Assembly: GCA_014379635.1 (NCBI GenBank)
Contig: JACMLL010000033.1
Span: 1 to 62,045 of the forward strand
Reading direction: 5' to 3'
DNA from: Candidatus Saccharimonadota bacterium
Lineage (GTDB): Bacteria > Patescibacteriota > Saccharimonadia > Saccharimonadales > Saccharimonadaceae
DNA length: 62,045 nt
Position 1 is the stretch's first letter. The number at the start of each line of letters is the position of its first letter. A program made the translations under genes and the position numbers. Shown piece after piece: positions 9,028 to 19,125 of the stretch. Under the pieces are notes generated by a model. That model worked only from the letters and a program-made list of their open reading frames with translations. It was not told the origin of the DNA and searched no databases.

Positions 9028-10314
9028 CTACCGTGGTTCGAACAATGTTGCTATCTTATCGTTAAGTTCAACTAACTCTTGGCGCTCTCCACTACTGACC
9101 GCGGCCAGTACCCATGTATTGGCATCGATGAATTCACGAGCAGTATCTATCATGCGGTCAAGTGAGACATTCTTTATCATATCCGGTACGGCACCATAAT
9201 TTTTTATAAAATCATCTGCAAAATAACGGCCCGTATAAAAACTACTAATTTGCGAGACGGTTTGGGCGCCCATCTGGTAACGTCCGAGAGCGAATGACTT
9301 AGCCGCCTCTATCTCGCCTTGGTTAATATTTCCATCCAAAACGCAGCGAATTTCGCGCGTAATAATATCGAACAGCTCACTGGCTGTTTCGTGATTAACC
9401 TGACCAATGATATCCCAGCTGCTATCATAATACCCCGCTCCAACATGAGCACTCACATTATAGGCAAGGCCTTTTTGACGAGCCGCGCCAAAAATACGCG
9501 AGTACATCGTGCCCGTCAGAATATGGTTGAGATAATGCATCGAGTCTAACTCCTCGTCACTCAATTCGCGAGGTAGCGCCATGGACCAATTAAAGGTCAG
9601 GTTGGTAGCATCTTTACGGCGAATCACGCTTGGGTTGGCACTCGTCAGCTCGTCACGCGGGACGATGAACCGTTCACCTTCTGGTAACTGGAAACCCTCG
9701 ATTAAACGCTTGATCTCAGCCTTACGGCCACGAAGTTTACCAGCCACAACAAAGCGCATGTTACGGGTCGTGTGCGTACGACGATGATGCTCGCGCACAT
9801 TGGCCAGCGTGACATTGCCAATCGTAAGAAGTGACTGACGATAGGTCAGCACGTCCTCACCAAGTAATTGCTGCACCCGGGGCCACAGCAGACGATGGTG
9901 ATCATTTAAATAATTTGTTAGCTCGCTTCGAACATTACCCCTCTCGGCCTGGAGTTCAACGTCGTTAAATCGAGGCTGACAAATCGCCAATTTTTGAAGA
10001 TCCATAATACGGTCCCACTCAAAATCCGCACAGTCGGCTTCGTATACCATCGACAGATCACTGGTATAGGCGTTTCGATAGGCACCATTTTTAGTAAATT
10101 CCGACTCGAACTCGTGTTCTGTTTTATAGCGTGCATTGGCTCCGAAGGCCATATGTTCCATAATATGGGCAACCTGTTCAATGTCTTTTGCCTTAGTGTA
10201 ACGATTACCAGCCCGAAAGTGAAATTGCATGCTCATAACAGTTGCGCCAGGCACATTAATGAGTAATCCTTTGGCACCATTCTTTAGGCGCACCTCTTCA
10301 ACGGTATGATTCAT
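9028..10314 (-). CDS. M16 (insulinase/pitrilysin) family zinc peptidase
   Basis: HIMEH inverted zinc motif, NAYT, R.KGLAY. Confidence 0.88.
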   Translation of the reverse strand: MNHTVEEVRLKNGAKGLLINVPGATVMSMQFHFRAGNRYTKAKDIEQVAHIMEHMAFGANARYKTEHEFESEFTKNGAYRNAYTSDLSMVYEADCADFEWDRIMDLQKLAICQPRFNDVELQAERGNVRSELTNYLNDHHRLLWPRVQQLLGEDVLTYRQSLLTIGNVTLANVREHHRRTHTTRNMRFVVAGKLRGRKAEIKRLIEGFQLPEGERFIVPRDELTSANPSVIRRKDATNLTFNWSMALPRELSDEELDSMHYLNHILTGTMYSRIFGAARQKGLAYNVSAHVGAGYYDSSWDIIGQVNHETASELFDIITREIRCVLDGNINQGEIEAAKSFALGRYQMGAQTVSQISSFYTGRYFADDFIKNYGAVPDMIKNVSLDRMIDTAREFIDANTWVLAAVSSGERQELVELNDKIATLFEPR

Positions 10315-10337
10315 ATGACTCTACTTTCTACCACCCG

Positions 10338-12959
10338 TTATTTACGATTAGTTTTACGATTTTGACGTTCAGATTTCTTTTTTTTGCGGACATCATTTTT
10401 TTTCTTGTGTAATAGCTGTAACTCGGTTGCTTTTTTTACTTTGAAATCACTATCTCGACTCAATTCACCACCGGTCACTTCATTGACACCATGTTCGACG
10501 GCGTTCTCGGCCAGTCGGGTCAGTTCGGTGTCGTATTCCTCATCTTGACGAGCTACGACGTCGTGTTTGTGAACATTCATCACTGCCCGTAGAACTTCGT
10601 CTCGTAATGTTGCCTGCAAACTACTGAATAAGTTTTGGGCTTCGCTGCGGTACTCGACCAGCGGATCGCGTTGTCCAACGCTTCGCCAATGAATCCCCTC
10701 TCGAAGGTGTTGCATATTCTCGAGGTGTTGCATCCATAGCGTATCAAGCACCTGCAAATAAACTTCACGTTCAACTTTTCGGACGACATCTTCGTCAAGT
10801 TCTTGCTCTTTAGCTTTATAAAGTTTATCGACTTCTCTGCGAGCCAGCTCAAGGCGTGACTTATCATTCTTTTCATCGCCGATAGCTTTCAGTTTCTTGT
10901 CACTGAGTGGAAAAATAGCTTCAAACTCTTTGGCAAAGTTCTTTCTGTTTTTTGCTGGCAACGCAGTTAATTCGCGTAGCTTAGCGTCAAGCAAAAGCTC
11001 CATCTCGGGTTTAATATCACTTCCCTCAAGAATCTTGCGTCGAATCGTATAAACGACTCGACGATGGCGATTAATCACATTATCGTACTGTACGACATTT
11101 TTACGAGTATCAAAATTATAGCCTTCAACCCGTTTTTGAGCAGCTTCGAGCGTTTTTGAAACCGCTGCATTCTGAATAGGCGTATCCTCATCAACCCCAA
11201 GCCGATCCATCAGACTGGCGATACGCTCGCCTTGAAAGATACGCATCAGGTCATCTTCGGTAGAAACGTAAAATTGAGTTTCACCTGGATCGCCCTGACG
11301 GCCACCACGGCCACGAAGTTGGTTATCAATACGACGAGATTCATGGCGCTCAGAGCCAAGCACAACCAGCCCGCCCAGCTCGACAACTCCTTCGCCGAGT
11401 TTGATGTCGGTCCCACGTCCGGCGATGTTCGTCGCGAGTGTGATAGAGCCCTTTTGACCAGCTTTTTCAATAATTGCCGCTTCCCGTTCATTATTTTTAG
11501 CGTTCAAAAGTTCGTATGGCACACCTTCCTTGTCAAGCCAACCAGCAATGAGCTCATTTTTGGCAATTGAAGCCGACCCGACCAAAACAGGACGACCTTG
11601 GGTATGATATTCTTTGATGGCATGAGCAACTGCCTTTAATTTACCTTTTTCTGTTTTAAAGATAAGATCCTGCTTATCGGTGCGATCAATTGGTCGGTTA
11701 GATGGAACCTGAACCACATCAAGGCTATAAATTTGCTGAAATTCTTCGGCTTCGGTAAAGGCAGTACCTGTCATACCAGACAGCTTTTTATACAGACGGA
11801 AGTAATTCTGAAACGAGACAGTTGCCAAGGTCATGCTCTCTTGGAGGACAGGGACCGCTTCTTTGGCTTCAATCGCCTGGTGTAAGCCTTCGTTATAGCG
11901 ACGTCCTTGCATCAGACGCCCCGTAAACTCGTCAACAATAATCACTTCACCATCGTTGGTAACGACATAATCTTTATCGCGCTTAAAGAGGGTTTGAGCC
12001 CGTAACGCTTGGTCAATATGATACACCGAACGAACGTAATCCGGGCTGTATAAGTTTTTGACTCCAAGGAGCTGTTGGATTTTCTCAACACCCTCATCAG
12101 TCAAGGCAACACTTCGACGCTTCTCGTCCAGGATGTAGTCACTTTCAGTCAGTTGAGCGCCAATTTTTGCAAATTGATAGTAACTGTCAGGATTTTCAGC
12201 AGCTGGGGCACTAATAATAAGAGGTGTTCGAGCTTCGTCAATCAAAATACTATCGACTTCGTCCACAATAGCAAAGTGCAGGTCACGCTGACGAAGCAAA
12301 TCGACTTCGTTGACCATGTTATCGCGTAGGTAGTCAAACCCAAACTCATTGTTAGTTCCGTAGGTAACATCGGCGGCGTACGCCTCCTTACGAGTCACTG
12401 GTCGTAGGCGTTTCATGCGAGGATCGTCGTGTGATTCATTGTTGTACGACGGATCATACATAAACGAGGCCTCGTTAATAATGACACCTGTCGAGAGGCC
12501 CAAGAAATGATAAAGTTCGCCCATCCAGCTAGCATCACGCTGCGCCAGGTAGTCGTTGACGGTGACAACATGAACACCTTTTTCTTCCAGTGCATTCAAA
12601 TAGACAGGTAGGGTTGCAACAAGAGTCTTGCCCTCACCTGTTTTCATCTCGGCTACGTTGCCCTCATGCAAGGCCATGCCGCCGATAAGCTGCACGTCGA
12701 AAGGACGCATGCCGAGCACACGATCAGCCGCTTCGCGAACTAATGCAAAAGCGTCCGGCAACAGGCTATCAAGAGTCGTTCCTTTTTTTTGTAACTGTTT
12801 TTTCAGAACTTCAGTTTGTTTTTTAAGATCACCTTTTGAAAACTTGGCGTATTTATCAGCCAAAACATTGATGAGTCCGACTTTTTTTTGCAGCACCTTT
12901 AAAATCTTAACTTGTGGGTCACCAAAAATCTTGGTTAACACCTTTTGCCTACTTACCAT
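10338..12959 (-). CDS. secA: Preprotein translocase ATPase SecA (no C-terminal SEC-C zinc motif)
   Basis: MKTGEGKT, VDEVDSILIDEARTPLIIS, TNIAGRGTDI, RIDNQLRGR. Confidence 0.98.
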   Translation of the reverse strand: MVSRQKVLTKIFGDPQVKILKVLQKKVGLINVLADKYAKFSKGDLKKQTEVLKKQLQKKGTTLDSLLPDAFALVREAADRVLGMRPFDVQLIGGMALHEGNVAEMKTGEGKTLVATLPVYLNALEEKGVHVVTVNDYLAQRDASWMGELYHFLGLSTGVIINEASFMYDPSYNNESHDDPRMKRLRPVTRKEAYAADVTYGTNNEFGFDYLRDNMVNEVDLLRQRDLHFAIVDEVDSILIDEARTPLIISAPAAENPDSYYQFAKIGAQLTESDYILDEKRRSVALTDEGVEKIQQLLGVKNLYSPDYVRSVYHIDQALRAQTLFKRDKDYVVTNDGEVIIVDEFTGRLMQGRRYNEGLHQAIEAKEAVPVLQESMTLATVSFQNYFRLYKKLSGMTGTAFTEAEEFQQIYSLDVVQVPSNRPIDRTDKQDLIFKTEKGKLKAVAHAIKEYHTQGRPVLVGSASIAKNELIAGWLDKEGVPYELLNAKNNEREAAIIEKAGQKGSITLATNIAGRGTDIKLGEGVVELGGLVVLGSERHESRRIDNQLRGRGGRQGDPGETQFYVSTEDDLMRIFQGERIASLMDRLGVDEDTPIQNAAVSKTLEAAQKRVEGYNFDTRKNVVQYDNVINRHRRVVYTIRRKILEGSDIKPEMELLLDAKLRELTALPAKNRKNFAKEFEAIFPLSDKKLKAIGDEKNDKSRLELARREVDKLYKAKEQELDEDVVRKVEREVYLQVLDTLWMQHLENMQHLREGIHWRSVGQRDPLVEYRSEAQNLFSSLQATLRDEVLRAVMNVHKHDVVARQDEEYDTELTRLAENAVEHGVNEVTGGELSRDSDFKVKKATELQLLHKKKNDVRKKKKSERQNRKTNRK

Positions 12960-13045
12960 AATCAATAACCCTCACTTATCAGAAACTTCTGTAAAATTCT
13001 CTATGTATTATACGGCCAGAAGGAGGATTGGACAAGGTGTTAGTT

Positions 13046-13417
13046 TTATAGTTCGCGCGCGTAACTACGCTTGAAGCGACTCATGACACCTCGTCTTCCA
13101 ACGTGCGCAATCGTGGATTGCTTGTATTTGCGCAGTTGTGAGACGATTTTTGACTCTACAATATCAACCGCCGCAAGCATATTGCCTGTTGAATCAGTTG
13201 CGGTGAGGATTTTGTCAGGCACCGACAGTACTATCTCGGCTTCGTATTTATTACCGTGGTCTCGATTGACCTGTTTAAGTTTAACCTCGGCCGTCACACT
13301 CTTGCGTGCGTGGCGAGGCAGATAACGATCTAATCTTCCAATCTTTTTTTTGACATACTGCTTGGTCGTCTCATCCAGGTCATATTTAATTCCTGTGATT
13401 TCGATTGATTTGATCAT
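13046..13417 (-). CDS. hpf: Ribosome hibernation factor HPF/RaiA (short form)
   Basis: IEITG..L..YV.KKI.RLDRY..MLAAVD..QLRKYK; upstream of secA. Confidence 0.9.
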   Translation of the reverse strand: MIKSIEITGIKYDLDETTKQYVKKKIGRLDRYLPRHARKSVTAEVKLKQVNRDHGNKYEAEIVLSVPDKILTATDSTGNMLAAVDIVESKIVSQLRKYKQSTIAHVGRRGVMSRFKRSYAREL

Positions 13418-13494
13418 GTGCTACCCTCCTATTTGGTTTGGTTGGTAGTTTTATTATAACACTCTAACCCAAGCTACGCCTGTAAGTTTACAGA

Positions 13495-14787
13495 TTAAAT
13501 AATCTCTCGTCCACCAAGATACGGGCGAAGGACCTCAGGGACGCGTACATCACCTTCGGCTGTTTGATAGTTTTCTATAATGGCGATTAACGGACGCTGA
13601 GACAACACAGTAGCATCGTTAGTGTGAATCAGCTCAACACCATCTTTGCCGCGGTAACGCGTCTTGAGGCGCCTCGCTTGATAGTCAGTCATATAGTCAG
13701 CGGTATGAGTCTCGCGATATTTATCCTGCCCTGGTAGCCATACATCAATATCGACGCCTCGGGCATTCGGCTTACCAATATCAGCCGTACACTTCATCAC
13801 AACTCGGTAGGGTAGCCCAAGACTACTCATCAAGTATTCTTGAACAGCAACCATCAACAAGTGCTCGTCAAGCGACCGGTCTGGTGAGGCTAAACTCTCC
13901 ATCTCCATCTTGTCGAACTGGTGCATGCGAATAATACCTTCCATATCCTTACCGTACGTACCAGCCTCTTTACGGAAGCTGGTAGCATAGCCAACATAGC
14001 GCACTGGTAAATCGTCGTGATTAAAAATTTCGTCAGCGTGCATACTTCCAAGTACGTGCTCAGCACTTCCCTGCAACCAAAGCTCTTCGCCTTCGATCTT
14101 GTAACGATCATCACGCGGCTCAAGACGATCCATCGCATCGTAAAGCTCGGTTTTAATCATTGATGGTGGTAGTACCGGTATAAATGGCTTCGAGCTTACC
14201 TCGAGACCGGCTTTTTCGATAATGGCCTTTAGTACCAGTTCATCGCATAGCTGATTCATCGCCCACTGCATCATCGCCCACTGTAGGCGCACTAAATCGC
14301 CCTTAACGTAAGCAAACCGACTGCCAGCCACTTTAGCGGCCCGCTCTTTATCGATCCAGCCTTTGGCCTCGGCAATTTCAGCATGATTTTTAGGCGTAAA
14401 TTCGAACTTTGTTGGCTCGCCAACCACTTTCGAAATAACATTTTCGTCTTCACTGGCGCCAACTGGCACGTCGCTCGTTGCAACGTTAGGAACTTGCTTT
14501 ATAAGTACAGTGAATGTATCGTCAACGGCGCGCAGAGACATCTCGACAGTCGCTAGTTCGTCTTTGATTGATGTAGCCTCAGCAATCAGGTCGTCCGATG
14601 GCCTGCCGCCCTTTAGCTGTGAGGAAATAGTGTTTCGTTTTTCACGCAGAGTATCTGCCTGAGACAAAAGGCGACGGCGTATTTCGTCTTGACGAAGCAG
14701 TTCGTCAATATTGACGTCGTAACCTTTGTTTTTGGCATTTTCTTTGACTAGGTCGGGATTTTCTCTGATGAAACGAATATCTAACAT
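13495..14787 (-). CDS. serS: Serine--tRNA ligase
   Basis: MLDIRFIREN, FRKEAG, RMHQFDK, DYQARRL, IENYQ. Confidence 0.97.
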   Translation of the reverse strand: MLDIRFIRENPDLVKENAKNKGYDVNIDELLRQDEIRRRLLSQADTLREKRNTISSQLKGGRPSDDLIAEATSIKDELATVEMSLRAVDDTFTVLIKQVPNVATSDVPVGASEDENVISKVVGEPTKFEFTPKNHAEIAEAKGWIDKERAAKVAGSRFAYVKGDLVRLQWAMMQWAMNQLCDELVLKAIIEKAGLEVSSKPFIPVLPPSMIKTELYDAMDRLEPRDDRYKIEGEELWLQGSAEHVLGSMHADEIFNHDDLPVRYVGYATSFRKEAGTYGKDMEGIIRMHQFDKMEMESLASPDRSLDEHLLMVAVQEYLMSSLGLPYRVVMKCTADIGKPNARGVDIDVWLPGQDKYRETHTADYMTDYQARRLKTRYRGKDGVELIHTNDATVLSQRPLIAIIENYQTAEGDVRVPEVLRPYLGGREII

Positions 14788-14813
14788 AGTATTTATTGTA
14801 TCAAATTTATCTG

Positions 14814-16172
14814 TTATTCCGTACGAAGTGCTTCGATTGGATCAAGCTTGGAAGCTTTACGAGCGGGAAAATAGCCTGCCAGCATCGCAATCGCCATCAA
14901 AACAATGACCAAAAATATAATTGGAATAGGTTGGAATATCAACAGATAATTACCGTCACCCAGTGTCAACTGGCGGGTTATCCAAGGGTTTAACGCAAGG
15001 CCTGTCGCTACGGCAATAACCGCCCCGATTGTGCCACCCAAGAATCCAATCCAGGCCGCTTCAAACTGAAACAATCGGCTGACATGACGGCCGCGCATAC
15101 CCAAAGCTTTCATGAGACCTATCTCACGGGTCCGTTCCAGAACAGATATATACTGCGTATTAACAATCCCAAAGACACTCGTAATGAGAGCGAGAACACC
15201 AAATCCAATCACGATACCCTGCAGAATATTTACGATAGTAAACAGTAATCCCTGCAGGTCTTTGGCTGTTTGAACGCCGTACCCTTTCGCGACTAGTGCC
15301 TGTTTGACACTCGCAGGGTCAACACCTTGCTTTACGCTAGCGGTAGCGATGCTGTACTTGTGGTAACTGCTAGTTCCTTCGGTGCTAAACTCTGACAATT
15401 CCTTGGCCTGAACATTGCTGACTTGTACGTTTGACATTGCCGTCAGGGCAGTAGCTGATTTTCCAACAATGGCAACCACTTTAAATTGAACATCTTTTGG
15501 TTGTGGTGCCCCGAGCTGTTGAATCGCGGCAGCGCCCTGGGTAAGTGCCGCCTGGATTTGCGCCTGCGTTGGCGTTGGCGTGCGCTCAAAGTGAATCGTT
15601 ACCGTTGCGCCGATGGCGTCTTGGGCATACTTAAAACCAAGCAAAGACACGTACGCTTCGGGTAAGGCAATCTCGCCATCGGCAATTGACGTGCGAAGTG
15701 CCGGTAAGCTTCCGGCGGCAACAGTCTGAGTGACACCCGAGTCGTACTGGGTGACATCTGCTGTATACTTTTTCTGACCTGGACGAGTCATATATTGAGC
15801 GTTAATGGTATACGCCGGGTTGATACTGACGATATCGGCACGGGCAGCGATAGCGTCAATATCATCCTGCGTTAACTGCTTGATGACGGTTCTTCCAGTA
15901 GCTCGCATCAATAGACTGGCGTTCGGGTCGTACTCCTGAGGTCCGGTTTGGCCACCTTCAAAAAAGCTCTTGTCTTTGGCGATTGCCAATATCTGCGGAT
16001 CAATATTTGTTGTCAAAAGCGTATTGGCATATTGGCGCGCTCCCTCTCCGGCAGCAATGGCGAGAGTCAGCGTAAAAGCCCCGACGGCAATGGCAAGGCT
16101 GGTCAGGATAGTGCGGGCTTTGGCATGCTTCAGGCTACGACCCGCCCGACGAACAATATCAAAAGTTTTCAT
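14814..16172 (-). CDS. MacB/FtsX-like ABC transporter permease
   Basis: RTILTSLAIAVG, SVLERTREIGLMKALG, PARKASKLDPIEALRTE. Confidence 0.92.
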   Translation of the reverse strand: MKTFDIVRRAGRSLKHAKARTILTSLAIAVGAFTLTLAIAAGEGARQYANTLLTTNIDPQILAIAKDKSFFEGGQTGPQEYDPNASLLMRATGRTVIKQLTQDDIDAIAARADIVSINPAYTINAQYMTRPGQKKYTADVTQYDSGVTQTVAAGSLPALRTSIADGEIALPEAYVSLLGFKYAQDAIGATVTIHFERTPTPTQAQIQAALTQGAAAIQQLGAPQPKDVQFKVVAIVGKSATALTAMSNVQVSNVQAKELSEFSTEGTSSYHKYSIATASVKQGVDPASVKQALVAKGYGVQTAKDLQGLLFTIVNILQGIVIGFGVLALITSVFGIVNTQYISVLERTREIGLMKALGMRGRHVSRLFQFEAAWIGFLGGTIGAVIAVATGLALNPWITRQLTLGDGNYLLIFQPIPIIFLVIVLMAIAMLAGYFPARKASKLDPIEALRTE

Positions 16173-16855
16173 TATTTGTCACCTCCCATAATTCGATCAA
16201 TCTTTCCGTCTTTTAGATAGATCTGCATGTCACATTTAGCGGCTAATTCTTCATCATGAGTCACGACGACAAGTGTACTTCCGCCTTGTTTATTGAGACC
16301 GAACAGTAGCTTTTCAATAGACGCGCCGGTCGTGGTATCTAAATTACCTGTTGGCTCATCAGCAAAAATAATACGTGGCTTATTAACAATCGCCCGCGCA
16401 ATCGCTAGGCGCTGCTTTTGACCACCAGACAGATTGCCTGCTTTTTGCTTCTCTTTGTCGCTCAGTCCAACTACTCGTAGGGCTGCAATAACCCGCTTAG
16501 TACGTGCGCTTGCAGACATACTAGCAATTTCAAGCGGCAAGGCAACGTTCTCGAACGATGACTCGTTGGCCTGCACAAAAAAAGCCTGAAAAATAAATCC
16601 AATTTTTTCTGATCGAAACTTATCAACCGCTTTGGCCTTCAATCGCAAGATATCGACACCGTCGACAATCACTTCGCCAGCTTCTGGGCGATCGAGACCG
16701 CTCATGACATGCATCAGGGTAGACTTACCCGAACCAGATCTACCAACGATTGCCACGCTCGCTCCGTCGGGAACGACAAAATTAATATCATCAAGCGCCG
16801 TAAATGTAGTTTGCTTTTTACCGTACGTTTTTGTGATATGTCGCACTTCAATCAT
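16172..16855 (-). CDS. LolD/MacB-type ABC transporter ATP-binding protein
   Basis: GRSGSGKST, LSGGQKQR, ADEPTGNLD, VVVTHD. Confidence 0.93.
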   Translation of the reverse strand: MIEVRHITKTYGKKQTTFTALDDINFVVPDGASVAIVGRSGSGKSTLMHVMSGLDRPEAGEVIVDGVDILRLKAKAVDKFRSEKIGFIFQAFFVQANESSFENVALPLEIASMSASARTKRVIAALRVVGLSDKEKQKAGNLSGGQKQRLAIARAIVNKPRIIFADEPTGNLDTTTGASIEKLLFGLNKQGGSTLVVVTHDEELAAKCDMQIYLKDGKIDRIMGGDK

Positions 16856-16981
16856 CAAATACCCTCCTGTGACGCTTTTGTAAGCTTACGCCATATCTAA
16901 AAATAATACCCAACTATCTTAACATTGCTAGTGGTTAAACAGAAATATTCAGACGAAAACCCTACCAGTCAATCGTCTTGG

Positions 16982-18493
16982 TTATGGCAAAGTAATGTCA
17001 GGGTAAATCCCGCGTGTCACATCGTCATAGTCGCTCCGCAGCTGCGGAAATGGTACACCTTCACGAGCCGTTACGCCTTCAAAAATCCAAAAGACTCGTT
17101 CACTAAAGCCCCAACCACAGGCTGGCGGCATGCCATATTCAAGCATTTCAACATAATCGATATCAAGCATCATCGCTTCGTCATCGCCACTGTCGCGCAT
17201 TGTTTGTTGCTCGACAAAGCGATTCAACTGGTCAACTGGGTCATTAAGCTCCGAAAAGCCATTGCCGAGCTCGCTGCCGGCAATAATAGGCTGGAACCGC
17301 TGGACTGTGCGGACATCTCCGGGATTAGTCTTTGCTAGTGGACTGATAAACGTTGGGGTATTAATCAGCCAGACGGGACCGACGACGTCTTTGCGTATAT
17401 TTTTCCAAAGCTTGTCGATACCGCGGGCTCTGTTTTCGGTCTGCTCAACTTCGAGTTTGTTGTCAGCTAGGGCTTTTTTTACCTCATCCAGTGACGATTC
17501 ATGGACATCAATACCGTAACGGTCTTTAATGACGGTCGCATAATCCCATATCTCCCAGTCAACATTCATATCGACGTGTTTACCGCCTAGGTCAAACTCG
17601 AGCGTTCCGAATGTTTCTTGTAGAGTAAACTTGTACATGTCAGTCATAAATTGCATACCGTCTTGCCAATTAGCGTATGCCCAATACCACTCCATAGCCA
17701 CATGTTCTGGCAAATGCTCGTCGCTATAGTTTTCATTCCTAAATCGTGGACCAATATCGTACACTTTTTCAAAACCAGCGCCAAGCAGACGCTTCAGCGG
17801 CAGTTCGTGGCTAATGCGCAAATAAAAATTCTGGTCCAGAGCGTCCATATGAGTCACGAATGGATTTGCGTCAGCCCCACCGGTTGTATGTTCGAGTACA
17901 GGAATATTAATCTCTATGAAGTCGTGTCGATTCAGATAGTCACGTGTGGCCTGCCAAAACTTACTTCGACGCACAAAACGATTGCGCACGTCCTGATTAA
18001 CGTTCATGTCGATATAACGACGACGCATACGTTCTTCTTTGTTAGTAAAACCTTCTTGAGCGCTCGGCATTGGACGCAACGCCTTTGAAAGAAGCCGGAA
18101 ATTAGTTACAAATATAGAAATTTCGCCGGTCTTACTTTTGATAATTTCTCCGGTCGCTTCGACAAAATCACCCGTGTCAAGCAGTGGTAAATCGGCCATA
18201 CCAAGTTGACCAAGAGTCTGGTTGCGCTCGCCCACACGACCATCTTGAAAAAATAGCTGTATCTCGCCACTAAAATCCTTGACGACGATAAATGCCAATT
18301 TACCAAACTTCCGAATACCGACAATCCGACCTGCAACAGTCGCTGTTTGACCTTGCAATTCGTCAAAATGACCGATAATATCACCCGTCGCTTGTGTCCG
18401 ATGGGCATCCGCCGGATAGGGATTAATACCTATCAGTTTTAGTTCATCTAATTTTCTGAGCCGCTCATTTCGAAAATCTTTTAGTGTCGCCAT
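16982..18493 (-). CDS. lysS: Lysine--tRNA ligase (class II)
   Basis: OB-fold N-terminus, GGADANPF, YLRIS.EL.LKRL, FRNE, GMPP; start at MATLK. Confidence 0.96.
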   Translation of the reverse strand: MATLKDFRNERLRKLDELKLIGINPYPADAHRTQATGDIIGHFDELQGQTATVAGRIVGIRKFGKLAFIVVKDFSGEIQLFFQDGRVGERNQTLGQLGMADLPLLDTGDFVEATGEIIKSKTGEISIFVTNFRLLSKALRPMPSAQEGFTNKEERMRRRYIDMNVNQDVRNRFVRRSKFWQATRDYLNRHDFIEINIPVLEHTTGGADANPFVTHMDALDQNFYLRISHELPLKRLLGAGFEKVYDIGPRFRNENYSDEHLPEHVAMEWYWAYANWQDGMQFMTDMYKFTLQETFGTLEFDLGGKHVDMNVDWEIWDYATVIKDRYGIDVHESSLDEVKKALADNKLEVEQTENRARGIDKLWKNIRKDVVGPVWLINTPTFISPLAKTNPGDVRTVQRFQPIIAGSELGNGFSELNDPVDQLNRFVEQQTMRDSGDDEAMMLDIDYVEMLEYGMPPACGWGFSERVFWIFEGVTAREGVPFPQLRSDYDDVTRGIYPDITLP

Positions 18494-18518
18494 ATCCACT
18501 GCAGTATAGCATAAATAC

Positions 18519-18551
18519 AATTATCCACCGCTCAACTGGCGGTGGATAATT
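18519..18551. terminator. Hairpin/terminator after greA
   Basis: AATTATCCACCGC...GCGGTGGATAATT inverted repeat. Confidence 0.6.
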
Positions 18552-18570
18552 GCCTTAGAATCGCTAAAAT

Positions 18571-19026
18571 CTAGCCGATATTGATGATTTGGTACGTAAC
18601 ATCACCTTTCGGTGTGGTGATACTGGCACTATCGCCAACTTTTTTGCCAAACACAGCTTCTCCGATGGGAGATTTGTTGCTCACTTTACCCTCGTGTGGA
18701 TTAGCCTCAACCGGCCCTACAATAGTGTAAACGACTATTTTAGTGCCGTCAGTGAGCTCGACTTTACTACCAAGCGTCACGTGGGTCTTACTGCCTGTCT
18801 TGATGAGATCTGCGTTCAGCAGAATGTCCTCAATCTCGGCAATACGGCTTTCAAGCAGTCCCTGTTCTTCGCGCGCAGAATCATATTCGGCATTTTCGCT
18901 CAGATCACCAAAATCACGTGCTTCTGCAATTTTGTCAGCAATAGCACCCCGGCGACTTTTAAGACCCTTGAGTTCAAGTTCAAGTTCTTTCTTTCCGGTG
19001 GTGGTAATTTGGTATATTTTTTTCAT
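18571..19026 (-). CDS. greA: Transcription elongation factor GreA
   Basis: ARDFGDLSENAEY, SPIGEA..GKKVGD. Confidence 0.97.
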   Translation of the reverse strand: MKKIYQITTTGKKELELELKGLKSRRGAIADKIAEARDFGDLSENAEYDSAREEQGLLESRIAEIEDILLNADLIKTGSKTHVTLGSKVELTDGTKIVVYTIVGPVEANPHEGKVSNKSPIGEAVFGKKVGDSASITTPKGDVTYQIINIG

Positions 19027-19125
19027 TTTGTTATTTTCCTTTTAGCAAAAAGGTGCTTTTTACACACCTCATACGCTATATATAGTGTACCATACCGTAT
19101 AGACGACGCAAAATCATTTATTAGG

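Noticed and set aside
18519..18551. Two TTATCCACC DnaA-box-like 9-mers
   Set aside because: They are the arms of the hairpin after greA. There is no box cluster, AT-rich unwinding element or dnaA nearby, so this is not called oriC.
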